Assembly: GCF_001194135.2 (NCBI RefSeq)
Contig: NC_068997.1
Coordinates: 1,788,951 to 1,852,950 of the forward strand
Origin: Octopus bimaculoides
Lineage: Eukaryota
Direction of reading: 5' to 3'
DNA: 64,000 nucleotides
In this document: piece after piece, positions 13,340 through 26,149 of the stretch
How the letters are laid out: each line of letters opens with the position of its first letter
Position numbering within the stretch: the stretch's first letter is position 1
The notes under the pieces: generated by a model
Seen by the model: only the letters and a program-made list of their open reading frames with translations
Told to the model about the DNA's origin: nothing
Databases searched by the model: none
Program-made: the position numbers and the translations under genes

Positions 13340-14760
13340 TGAGTTGCATTCAGAATTCCAATATTGTCTGTGGCAGTATTTCTATCTGTTAGTGATAAGT
13401 TTGTAAATTTGTACCAGTAATGTATCAGGGTCAATATATTCACAGCAATCCATTTTCCTTGTCTTAAAGAATTAATCTATGCTTATCACAAACGACACTG
13501 ATTTTGGAATTAATGTAGCTATTTCCGTACAAACTGGAATCTATAATCATAACAAAAACAACATTGAGTTTCAAATTGTAACACGTTCGAGTGCGCAGTG
13601 ATATTCTTGTTGGAGTCTACAAAGCATTTGGTCAGGCGCATATTGGAATCAACTTAATTGACGTTATCTCTATGACGTATTGGCATTGTACCTAAGACAG
13701 AAATATATAATTAATCAATGCATATAGGATTTATACTTCTGCAATGGAACATGGCAATAGATGACATTTGAGAGCCACTGGTGCAATTTGGTATCTCATT
13801 TCTTTGGAAATTATATTAACATCTTTAAATATTTAATAACTATTCTATGTAAACAGAGATCAGTTAAAGAGACAATAGTTCATATTGTAAGTACAACAGC
13901 AGACGTAATATTGTCTCTCTAAAGCTACACCACTTAAATCTTTACTCCTTTCTCTCACTCTGTTTTTCCATCGGAACCTATCAGTTTCATTGTATCATCT
14001 TCGCTAGAGGTTAATAAGTAACAAGTTCCAGTCTAGTACATCTCGCTTGCAAACTTCGAATCAGCCAGAAACAGGAATCCGTAATTATCTTGAACGGATG
14101 TTCTATTGCATTATGTTCTCACTTGCTAAATGTCAACTGTGTGATGACTGTTCGATATCAGTGAGAAGTGATCAGGTACATGTATCCATCATCATGCTGA
14201 TATTCAGAGAAAATTCTTAAAAGATTTGTGAATCGCTAATTTCATAGCTCACTGTTCAGAACCAACAAACTCCATACCCTATTCAATTATGATTTAAATC
14301 ACAAATCATCACTTGATTAACTTCAGGATGCTCTAACATTTCAACCTTTAATGCGATTGTATTGATAATTAACACAACAATTCTCCATGTTTCTCATATT
14401 GTATGAACCTGGCTACACAGATAATGACAGGGAACTCTGTATATTCCAATACATTAAACAATAATACGCCATTTTAAAGTTTGGGATAGAGCTTATTGTA
14501 TTAAACAATTGCTGCAATCCTGTCGTTGAATTCTATCAAGCGAATGACATGAATGGCTGTGGACTGTGACATTATTAGGTACGCATTGTCTTCTAACTTA
14601 TTCCAGTTGACAGAAACATTACACAGCGCTTGTCTTAGGTGCTATTCAACAAAGCATTATCTCGTATGTATATCATGTAGTCCTACAGAAAACACAGGAA
14701 GCATTATTAAAAGTATATTTATACAAATAATTCTTTTTATCTGGATTTCCAATACTGTTA
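13340..14760 (+). mobile_element. Possible very old LINE remnants (RT/APE-like fragments)
   Basis: Weak motifs only: YKAF..HIG at ~13620 and ISCSPTE at ~14670; many stops. Confidence 0.25.
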
Positions 14761-16873
14761 ACGAGTTGCTGCTATGTTTATCGAGTTACTATTGTCAGCT
14801 AAATGGTAAAAAACGATGACTTTTTTAAAGTGGTCTACATATACTAACCTCCTTTAGGTTTTCTTTATGAACTACCTGCTTTTTCTGATGCTCGATATTC
14901 TCTTTTCTTCCTTACAATTTGTATAACATTTTGTTTAAAAATATGATCCGATTTCCTTTAAATTTCAATTCTACACTTCCTACCTCTGGCAACCAACACA
15001 AACCAAACCAAGTAACACAGCCGTAACATAATTACTGAGAGTAAACTCCTTTACTCCTCCGTAATTCACAGCAAAAAACAAAGTAAAAAAATTAGTGTCG
15101 TCAGCAAAGCAAATGGTTGTTATATTTGATATTATTTTATCGTTTATCCGACCTTCATTCAGCTTTGATGACTCATTGTGTTTGATGTGTTCTTAGCAAT
15201 ATATATAAACATCACTCTCTCACTAACTCACCTCCCCTCAGTCTGTCTATATATCGATGTATCTATCTGTCTATCTACTTGTCTGTCTATCTACTTGTCT
15301 GTCTATCTACTTGCACATTCAGACAAACGGACACAGTATTAGTTCGTAGCAGTGCAATCTTACTGTGAGCCTTGCATCACCACCATCATTCGCAGTGTAG
15401 AGATTGTAGTCGTCTGCATTGCATTAACCTTAGCAACACTCATACACTGTACATACACACACAAAACAATTATATAGCGTACTCGAGACAACCGGGCCAG
15501 TGAAGTAGCCTTGATGTGGTCGCACTCTCTGCTGAAAATGGGAGGCAAGTCTCCCTCTAATCATAATCTATCGTCTTAAAATTCGAACAATACGTTGAAC
15601 AATGTATTCGTATATGCATAAATCCATGGGATGAGCAAGGCTCTGATACTTTCACCGTGTGGCTTGTTAGTAGATGATAGAGAGTTCAACAAAGCCATAT
15701 AGCGATGCCTGCACGAGCCAAAGAAGAGGGTTTCACAAGGTGCTGGACCTCTAGAAACAGCATCCAAATCTCCCTTAAATGACACCCTACTGTTAGAAAA
15801 TTTAGTCTGGAGTAAATTATACAGGAACAAACATAGACCAGATGATGACGTTACAGTTACACGTATTTACTCTTTAAGGGCAGTCTTAGGAGTAAACAAC
15901 AACAATTTATGGCTGTAATTATATTGTATCCAATAATTAAATCAAATCACCATTCTCCGATTACATTTGAGCTGTTGCTAATTGGTTAGAATTTAATTAG
16001 GTGATTAATAGTCAATTCCGTTTCATAGAATTAACTAGAAATATTGATTTATCATCATTTAGCACTTTAACCACTGAGCCATGCGAGTGAATTCGTTAAT
16101 ATCGATTTCAAAGATAGGTATGAAGCCTTAAATTTAGGGAAAGAGGCACAGATATTTACAGCTATTTAACTGGTACTTTCTTTTATCAAACCCAGAAAAA
16201 TGAATGATTAAGTTATTCTCGTGGATATTTGCGCCACCCAACAAATGTGAGATATCACGTGTTTATGAGATATCCTCTCTAAAACGTTCTAAATACCCGA
16301 AAGAGTCGTGTAGATGTATCAGCATCGTTTCTTACTGTTTCACCTTTGAATATATTGAGTTCAAATCACACAGACGATGATTTTACATTTTATAACTTAG
16401 GGTGATCATATAAAAAAAAAACTATACTGCTGTGATCGTTTCCCTCCACGCCGTACCTGGTCCTGACGTGACCGTCACGACACTGTGTATCTCGGACTAC
16501 CATTAAAATTTGTTTACGGCCACTGTAAGCTAGCGGTTCAGCAAAAGAGACCGACAAAATAAGTTCCATGTTAAAAAGAAAATAGTGGGATCCATTACTT
16601 CGACTAAACATTTCAAGGCAGTGTCCCAGCATTGCTAAAGTTCAATGACTGTAAGAAGCAAGAGACAAGACAAAATTATAAATCGAATTCAATTGTTTGA
16701 TCATATATCTGATATTTTACGGTATCGACAATACAAAACAGTAATATAATAATCATTTCACCCCACATTGTTTTATAAGCTGAAAAGTCTGATGCCTTAG
16801 TAGAGTTCACCCTGTTGCAAACATTAGACACAATTCACCGGTTCGAAACTAACTGCCTCCCTCTTTTGCACAG

Positions 16874-16893
16874 GTCTTGGAAACTCTGTAAAC
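16874..16893 (+). other. Candidate 20-nt microexon of a plus-strand transcript
   Basis: Branch site ACTAACT (16848-16854), tract gcctccctcttttgcacAG, exon GTCTTGGAAACTCTGTAAAC, donor GTAAGT (16894-16899). Confidence 0.55.
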
Positions 16894-16930
16894 GTAAGTC
16901 AATGGTGCTGCTGTTCACTCCCTGATTATA

Positions 16931-17334
16931 ACTCTTTTACTTGTTTCAGTCATTTGACTGCGGCCATGCCGGAGCACCGACTTTAGTTGAGCAAATCGAC
17001 CCCAGGACTTATTCTTTGTAAGCCTAGTACTTATTCTATCGGTCTCTTTTTGCCGAACCGCTAAGTTACGGGGACGTAAACACACCAGCATCGGTTGTCA
17101 AGCGAAGTTGGAGGGACAAAGACAGACATACAAGCATTTATACACACATACATATACATATACATATATACGACGGGCTTCTTTCAGTTTCCGTCTACCA
17201 AATCCACTCATAAGGCTTTGGTCGGCCCGAGGCTATAGTAGAAGACACTTGCCCAAGGTGCCGCGCAGTGGGACTGAACCCAGAACCTTGTGGTTGGTAA
17301 GCAAGCTACTTACCACACAGCCACTCCTGCGCCT
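16931..17334 (-). mobile_element. tRNA-like SINE family A, near full-length composite copy
   Basis: Minus-strand head aggcgcaggagtggctgtgtggtaag with B-box-like GGTTCAGTCCC, internal (TA/CA)n, and a body repeated at 4078, 36985, 43180 and 53370. Confidence 0.9.
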
Positions 17335-17394
17335 ATAAGGTAAAAATTTGCGAGAAAAGAAAATTTAGCATCTTATGATAATTCTGCTTCTTAT

Positions 17395-17676
17395 TGCATT
17401 ACTTAGCCCGTCAGTAACGCTTTTCCGTGATTAGAGAAAAAGAGAGAGAAAGAAAAGAGGAAGAGAGAAAAAGTGGGAGTGAGAAAAAGAGAGAGAGAGA
17501 GGCGTTCATGACATGAGGTAGAAGGAATGTAATTGTGATGCTTTCACGTGATTAGTTGAAGCGAAAGAGAGGAGAAAGTAAAAGGCGAGAGAAAAAAAGA
17601 TAAGGTGAAGAGTGAGACAGAAAGAGAGGGAAAGAAAAAGAGGGAAAGAGAAGCGTGAGGTTAAATAAAGGCAGAG

Positions 17677-17733
<57 letters not shown>

Positions 17734-17980
17734 AGACAGGAAGGGAGAGAAATGATGATGGTGGTGGCTGTGGTAGTGGTAGTGGTGCATAAAGTATATA
17801 AGGTGTATATATAAAGTGCATTACGTAATCATCGTATTCCAGTTTCTTTCAATTTTGAATGTGTAGTAGGTGAGCGACTATCAATTCAGACGCAACACAG
17901 GCTACGTTTCAGAGAATTTTTGGGATAAAGCTTTCAGAAAAAGCCCAATATTCCGAGAAATATTCACTGGTCCCACTAGT
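17395..17980 (+). mobile_element. Non-autonomous Helitron-like element (3' part)
   Basis: Similar to 20680-21031; ends in a degenerate hairpin followed by CTAG|T at 17976-17980. Confidence 0.7.
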
Positions 17981-18752
17981 ATGAATTGTTCTTCTTAAAA
18001 ATTACAAAATTAGAAGAGGATGGATGAATTTAAAATCCGTTTGTCAACTTTTTAACAGTCTGCTGTAATTGGAATTATTATTTTCAGTGTTTAAACACAA
18101 TTCTTGTTTCACAATACGCCTGGTTCAATTTATTATTATATATGATTACAACGGTTTATATATCTGAATAATAGTTTTTGAGATTATCTCTTCAAGCAAG
18201 TTTTCAGATTACTTGAAAATATTAAGTGTAGTTAATATTCTTCTACAAACATATGTTGCATCTGATTGCCACCAGCTAAACCTTTCATCTATACACCATA
18301 TTGAATACAAGAAAATGTTTTCGTTATAAAGGAGTTTTAACGGGTCATTCAAAATCTACCAGGTGATTTCAACTACAAAAGAAGCCGACTTCATTTGAAG
18401 AAATATCTAACATTCCGTAAGGAATTCAGTATCTGTCCCAAACAGCCCTTTGTTACTCAATAGGTTTTTGTTCTTATTGTCATTTTTAAGTAAATATTCT
18501 TTGAGTGACATTACCAATGAATACAGAGAAGTGGAACACACACACACACAAAGACATGTCTGTGTGTATAGTTATATATATGAATACATACACACACGCA
18601 CATATGTCTCTATCTATCTATATGTATGTGTGTATGTGTATATATATATATATTAATATCAAAGATCCCTATGACAGGTTGTAATCCTTTGAAACATATG
18701 TAGGAATAAAGTATGCAATTATAACATGCGTTTTCTCCATTCCTTAAATTTT

Positions 18753-18789
<37 letters not shown>

Positions 18790-18791
<2 letters not shown>

Positions 18792-18900
18792 GCTAAATGT
18801 GAAAACTAATTTCTGTGTATCAGTATGTCACACTTTATCCCCCTTCCTCTCTATTCAATGACACTTCTACTATTTCTCATGCTGGGAGGAGGTGAGGGCG
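18790..18900 (+). mobile_element. Helitron 5' subterminal fragment
   Basis: Matches the 19370-19470 block (gtcacac...ctattcaatgacacttctactatt). Confidence 0.55.
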
Positions 18901-18917
18901 GTGGCTAAGACAGAGAG

Positions 18918-19002
<85 letters not shown>

Positions 19003-19344
19003 GAGAGACAGAGAGATAGAGAGAGAAACAGAGGGAGAGAAACAGAGACAAAGACATTTAGGGAGAGTCGATGATGTTTTATTAAAAGTAGTAATTTTTG
19101 ATGGTGGCAGTGGGGGTCATAATAAGAGAGAGAGAAAGAGTGGGTATGTGAGAGGAAAAGGGAGATGATGTACAACTTTGTTTAACTATGTCTCGTTGAC
19201 AGAAATTCCTGTGGCCAACATACTGAACAATGAACTAACATACTGAACCAACGTACTGAACCAATATACTGAACACTGAATTCTTTTACACACATATTTA
19301 GCCTTTCGCTTTTATCAGTTTTGTTTTATTTTTGCTTTCTTTAA

Positions 19345-21031
19345 TCTATATATATGATAATAAATGAGAACGCAAATGTCGTTGTGTCAGTGTGTCACAC
19401 GTTTTCAACTTTACTCCTCCAACCCCTTCTCTCACTATTCAATGGCACTTCTACTATTTCTCGTGCTTTATTCTTCTTTCATTATTCAATGACATTTCTA
19501 CTATTCCTCATGCTTTACCTCCCTCTCACTTAAATGCGAAAGCTAATGTCTGTATGTCAGTGTGTCACACTTTTTCAACTTTACTTCTTCGACACTCTCT
19601 TTCACTATTCAATGACACTGCTACTATTCCTCATGCCTATTTTCGGTAGCTCTTTCAGTTCTAAACCAGAACATGTTTTATAACTCCGAGAACTGAAAGC
19701 GCTTGGACATTTTTTGGATATTTACCTCTCATAACTCTCAACTATAAAAATGTTGGAAACTTAGTATTTTTTTCAGATTTGATTAACCATGTTTATGCTA
19801 ACATTAAACACCATTTCATGGATTCAAGCTCGTTTTGTGAGAGGGCCATATTAGCTCACAAGTATCAAACTGTGGATAGCATCAACTGAAAACTTCTCCA
19901 AGAAATTCCCAAAGAAAGCATAGAGTCCTTTTCCGTTGACACTGTGGTTGAACAAGTGCAGGCAGTGAATTATCCTATAGAGTTCCTGAACTCATTGAAT
20001 GCTATCACACAAGCTAGAATTAAAAGAAAATGTGCGAGTTATGCTATTGAGAAATCTGGATCCTCCAAAGCTTTGTAATGGAGAAGGTTAATTGTCAAGA
20101 AGATGCTTCCTCATCTCTTGGAAGCAGAGATCCTTACTGGTTCAGGAAAAGAGGAAAGAATTTTAATTCCAAGAACCCCCTTAATTCCTCCAGATCATTC
20201 TTTTGAGTTCAAAAACTTTAATTTCCAGTGAGAGTGAGTTGTGCGAAGTCAGTCAATAAATTCCAAGAAAACTCAATGAAAGTAACTGGGCCTCATCTGA
20301 TGGAACCTTTTTTTCCTTACGGCTTACTCATTGTTGGTTATTCATGGGTCGGGAATGAAAACATTCTATTTATACTGACCACTGATGGGAAGACAGAAAA
20401 TGATCATGCTGCTTTTCAATCATTGTTTTGNNNNNNNNNNNNNNNNNNNNNNNNNNNNNNNNNNNNNNNNNNNNNNNNNNNNNNNNNNNNNNNNNNNNNN
20501 NNNNNNNNNNNNNNNNNNNNNNNNNNNNNNNNNNNNNNNNNNNNNNNNNNNNNNNNNNNNNNNNNNNATATATGGGAGGGATGGGAGGGATGGGGGAGGG
20601 AAAGGTGGGACGGGAAGAAAGATGGGGAGAGATGGTGGTGAGTGATGTGTAATTTTCTTTTGAACTAAAATTTTCTCCTCCGTTACTTAGCCCTTCTGTA
20701 ACGCTTTCACGTGATTAATTGAAGGAAAGGTGGGGAGCGAAAAAAGAAGGTGAGATATAAAAGAGGATATGGCGAAGAGTGAGAGAAAGAAGGAGAATGC
20801 TGTGTATTAAGTTTATAAAATTGTTCATAAAATATATAAAGTGTGTATATAAAGTACATTAAGTAATCATAGTATTCCAATTTCCTTCGCCATTAAATGA
20901 TTAACAGACGAACGACTACCTTTTGATACCATCGCAACACAGGCTACACTTTCAGCTTTTTGGATAAAGTTTTCAGAAAAGACCCAGTTAATTTACCATT
21001 AACTCCGTGAAATAATCACGGGTCCCGCTAG
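19345..21031 (+). mobile_element. Internally deleted Helitron with PIF1-type helicase remnant
   Basis: 5' A|TCTATATATAT; 3' hairpin CCGTGA/TCACGG (21005-21021) then CTAG (21028-21031); internal helicase motifs. Confidence 0.85.
19870..20420 (+). pseudogene. Helitron RepHel helicase C-terminal fragment
   Basis: NYPIEFLNSL, VMLLRNLDPPKLCNG, LIVKKM..HLLEAEILTG, IPRTPLIP, FPVRVS.AKSVNKFQ; frameshifted. Confidence 0.9.
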
Positions 21032-21332
21032 CAATAATTATACTAGCATAATATAAATAACATGTCAAATGTTTTGGTGCGTGACTTTTGACCCACACTA
21101 TGTGTGTGTGCGTGAGTGTATGTTCATGTGTGCATGGATGTATGTGCACGTTCTGTAAATATATGTTGTGCATGAGTGCACATGTGCGCGTGATGATATA
21201 CAATTACTTCATACCATGGTTTCACACATACTCGACAGGACAGTGACATCTGTCTGCCATCTACTCAGAGATTCTCTGAGAAACCGCGTCATTGATTTTA
21301 TTATGCATTTACGACATTCATACTTATACATA

Positions 21333-21371
<39 letters not shown>

Positions 21372-21855
21372 CCACACATATACGCAGTATCTGCATACAT
21401 TTATATACGTTTTCTTCAATAAATCTTCATAGTTTACAACGTGATAATTGGTGTTTCTCTGATTAATCATTGTCAATCCCTTCATTGTGCGCATGTGTGC
21501 GTCCTTTACTGTGTGAGCAAACTGCACAACAATGGCAAATGAATCTTTTGGTTTTGTCTGCAATAACTGTTATGCCATACTGGTACAAAAGAAAATGCTA
21601 TTTTCAACTGAAATAATTATCTGAAGCAACTACCTCACAACACTGGCAGTCATGCGTAATAGAGCTTCGCAGGGAATACAATATAATGTACATATAAATT
21701 TGTATATTAAAGTTCAATTCTAAAACAGAGAGAAGATATTGGCTTCCAATGTTTGAAAATTTATATGAAACTAGATGAGCTTACATGGTTAGTAAGAATT
21801 GCTACAGGGATCAACGAGTCAGTCCCACCCGTTTTTACACACACAAACACATACG

Positions 21856-21888
<33 letters not shown>

Positions 21889-22019
21889 GCGCTCACACAC
21901 ACACACAAACGCACACACAGACACACACACATACACTCACGCATGCACACATACAAAAATTGCTTTATATATATATATATATATACATATACACACATGC
22001 ACATTTCATATGCATTCGA

Positions 22020-22056
<37 letters not shown>

Positions 22057-22111
22057 CATGATTGACCGTTGACTGAACACTATTCAATTTTTTTTTTCCT
22101 TGTCTCCGTAT

Positions 22112-22148
22112 TCTTTCTGTTGAAGAGCGTAGCTCGAAACGTCAAAGA
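22112..22148 (+). ncRNA. Minimal type I hammerhead motif with non-canonical core CUGUUGA
   Basis: Stem I TCTTT/AAAGA; CTGTTGA; extra A; stem II GAGC-GTA-GCTC; GAAA; palindromic ACGT stem III; GUC triplet. It lies in a ~200-bp repeat also found at 29110 and 37200. Confidence 0.7.
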
Positions 22149-22414
22149 CTTTCCGTATTCCCGAGCGTCATACTAATATATACTTTTGTTATTTACACCA
22201 CCTGTCCTCGTCTGTTGTTATTATTTGTATATTCTNNNNNNNNNNNNNNNNNNNNNNNNNNNNNNNNNNNNNNNNNNNNNNNNNNNNNNNNNNNNNNNNN
22301 NNNNNNNNNNNNNNNNNNNNNNNNNNNNNNNNNNNNNNNNNNNNNNNNNNNNNNNNNNNNNNNNNNNNNNNNNNNNNNNNNNNNNNNNNNNNNNNNNNNN
22401 NNNNNNNNNNNNNN

Positions 22415-22449
<35 letters not shown>

Positions 22450-22760
22450 TAATCGAACGAATGCATATGCATGAATACATGTATGAAATGTGCATGTGTG
22501 TACAAACTCAATTATAATATGTGTATTCTTGTGATTATATATATCATGAACTTTAATGATTACAGTCATAGATAATTTTTTTTCTTGCTTTAATGGTAGA
22601 AATAGTTGAAAACTCAGAGTTATCCTCAACAGCATTTACTGACCTTTTAGAAATTAGCAATTTCCTTTAGATTTGAACCAATAGCATTTTTTATTAACAT
22701 TTATGTAATAATCTCACAGTGGTTATTACTGACATAAGAATTTATACATGCATATGCATG

Positions 22761-22805
<45 letters not shown>

Positions 22806-22918
22806 TCATACGCACACATAACCACACGCATACACATATATCTATATAAACGTACATATGCGCATATATCCATCCACACAAATATGCAAATATGAATACA
22901 CACACATACACGCATATA

Positions 22919-23008
<90 letters not shown>

Positions 23009-24794
23009 CGTGTGTGTGTGTGTGTGTGTTTGTATGTGTGTGGGTGTGTGTGTGTGTGTTCAGTCAGCCTCTGTATGTATCTTTTAACAAGGTATCTTTT
23101 CTCCCTTAGTAAATGTGAGTTCATTAAGCGTACTTCTATAAAATCATTTCTAATTTATCTACATGTACGTCTAACCACCCGCAAACTATATATCTTCTGA
23201 TATGAAACTGAGGAAAGCCAGTGGCTGAATCATTAAATATCCGTTATTTTAATAAATACCAGTAAACTGAATTACGTTTTTGAGCAGCGGAACTGTGTAC
23301 ACGACAGCAATAATTACAGGAAACTAGTAGAACTGTTCTCCAGTCGACTCTTCGATTCAGTAGAAAGTGTTTTGTAGTTATAGACATATGATATATTTAT
23401 ATATCCAATCTAATCTCTCTATTATTCGAACAGATGCAAACATATTTATTGTTCATCCACCCTCGCGCTGCTTCGGAATTTTGCTCTTTGTGTGTGTGAG
23501 TGTATGTGTGTGTTAGTGCGAGAGATAGAGAGGGATAGAAAGAGAGACAGAGTGTGTGTATGTCTGTTTTTGAACGTTGTTGAGTTATAAGTACTCGAAC
23601 TTTCGGGAGAATGTGACATAAATTTTGGATCAGTGTATCTTGAAGCTCATAAAGCTATAAGTAACTGTATGTAAATTTTGCGTCGAAGGTTAAAACATTT
23701 TTGATAGAAAAAGGTCAAACACCTTTGAAATCTACAGGAGATGTTGGTTCGCGTCCTACGAGCAGTCTTCGATATTGTTTCCGAAAGGGCTTTTCAATCC
23801 AATATATACATTTATAGCATGGTGTGCTTCGAAATACATCTCATCTTACGTTTAGAAGCGATGCACAGTATCAGAATTTTCTACTCTAATCAATTAAACT
23901 ACTCCAAATTCTTATTAAAATATCTGAGCAAGTGGAGTCTGGGCCGGCTTGTTTGTACTGACATCAATTCGTATAAGTTGTAGCAATGAAATCAAACCAA
24001 ATAGTGATATTTAGAAATCATTTAATATGTACGTTTTCAGGTCTGCATAAGACATACTAAGAAATGTATCCATTACACAAGATCTTCCTCAGTTAATAGA
24101 TTTCAAAATAGTTTGAAATGTTTGAAGCCATTCAAATGAAACAATTCAAAATATTTCGAAACATTTTGACTGAGAAAGACTTGCATAATAGTTGCATTTC
24201 CTAATATAATGCACAGAGCTTCACACAACTAGTCAGTATAATCTAAATGTTATCCAAACCAAACAAGTTTATCTATGACAAAAACAATCAATATAAATGT
24301 AAGTAATCTCAAGAAACCATAATCCCAGTAACACCTTCCTTTACCAGGAGGGACAGCTCAACATAACGATACTAAAACAGCAAAGACAAGCAGACATAAC
24401 AGATATATATTCCCATCATGAGCTGGCAAACTGATATCACTATAGTTTCTATACCTGGGCAGCGCCATTCACTCCGGCAGTGACAACAGCGTTAGAAACT
24501 TAAATGCTTTCTGGGAATTAATTGTAATCAGCAAGGGCGAAAGAACATAATATGTGCATAACGCCAACACCCGCTTATTATTACAAGCAACAACATGAAA
24601 TAAAACAATTAGTATTAACTTATAGTTACAAAGAGGCACCTACAAAGCAAAAAACTTACAGCCCAAAGGGATATTATGATCCAAACATTATAATACAAAA
24701 GAACAAGCAAACAAAAGATATGATGATATCAACTGTTCAACCACTGATACGTAGCACAATACCAGCAGCAAACCAAGCACTTAAAACATATAAA

Positions 24795-25392
24795 CTATAA
24801 AACGAACACATACGGCTAGATTCGCTGCTTCGTTGTCCATATAATTTCATAAGCACACTATAAAACGAACACATACGGCTAGATTCGCTGCTTCGTTGTC
24901 CATATAATTTCATAAGCACACTATAAAACGAACACATACGGCTAGATTCGCTGCTTCGTTGNNNNNNNNNNNNNNNNNNNNNNNNNNNNNNNNNNNNNNN
25001 NNNNNNNNNNNNNNNNNNNNNNNNNNNNNNNNNNNNNNNNNNNNNNNNNNNNNNNNNNNNNNNNNNNNNNNNNNNNNNNNNNNNNNNNNNNNNNNNNNNN
25101 NNNNNNNNNNNNNNNNNNNNNNNNNNNNNNNNNNNNNNNNNNNNNNNNNNNNNNNNNNNNNNNNNNNNNNNNNNNNNNNNNNNNNNNNNNNNNNNNNNNN
25201 NNNNAACTATAAAACGAACACATACGGCTAGATTCGCTGCTTCGTTGTCCATATAATTTCATAAGCACACTATAAAACGAACACATACGGCTAGATTCGC
25301 TGCTTCGTTGTCCATATAATTTCATAAGCACACTATGAAACGAACACATACGGCTAGATTCGCTGCTTCGTTGTCCATATAATTTCATAAGC
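24795..25392. repeat. 63-bp minisatellite, at least 5.6 near-identical copies, spanning a gap
   Basis: Units start at 24795, 24858, 24921, 25207, 25270 and 25333. Confidence 0.97.
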
Positions 25393-26149
25393 ATGATACT
25401 GCACACAAAAAACGAATAAAAGTAAATTTTGTGCAACAGTGTAATCCACAACGAACGTCCTCGAACGATGTAAGCAAAGATCAATATTTATGAAATGAAT
25501 GCTTAATATTATAAAATAAATCAACCGAAGTAAAAATAAAAGTAAAAATAAACAATAGAATTATAATTAAAATAAAAATTATATATATGTAAAAATAATA
25601 AATACAAAGCAAAAACTACATAAATAAAACAAATTAAAAGTAATGAAACGTCCTAACTAGAAAAAGACTAAATAATTCATTATTAATTAAATGGCCAACG
25701 TGCTGGTTCCTCAAGAACACAAACTACACTCAAATTACATAATAAGCTAATATATAGTTTAAATCAACACATACATCTAAGAACTATAAATATTTAAAAT
25801 TACTAAAACAAATTTATCATAACAAAATTATTCTACATATGAATAAACACAACGCGCTGCAGAGAAATTAAGGGAAACCATACGTCTTTAACCCATGGCC
25901 GCTAAAATCCAAAAGATTTATCTATCTATAGGTAGAAGTAATACCAACTCCCCAGAGGAAGTGACGTTTTACATAATAGTGAATGAAAAAGAGCCAACTC
26001 CTTCACACCCCGCCGCCATAGCAAAACTGAATGGGGATAACTATCCAGCGGAAGTGACACAGGACACAAGAGAATGACAACGAACCACCCAAAAGGCTGC
26101 TAAGCAATGATTCAACCTTACGTTTATTAAGGAAAAACTAGTACTTCTT

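Noticed and set aside
12826-14760. Apparent LINE domains in reversed order (late RT, early RT, APE)
   Set aside because: The motifs are weak, and the first coincides with a 16-bp sequence shared with ~23213, so it probably belongs to another repeat.
24795-25392. Hammerhead or SECIS reading of the 63-bp unit (CTTATGA...CGAAG on the minus strand)
   Set aside because: Core mismatches, and no pairing for stem I, stem II or a SECIS helix.
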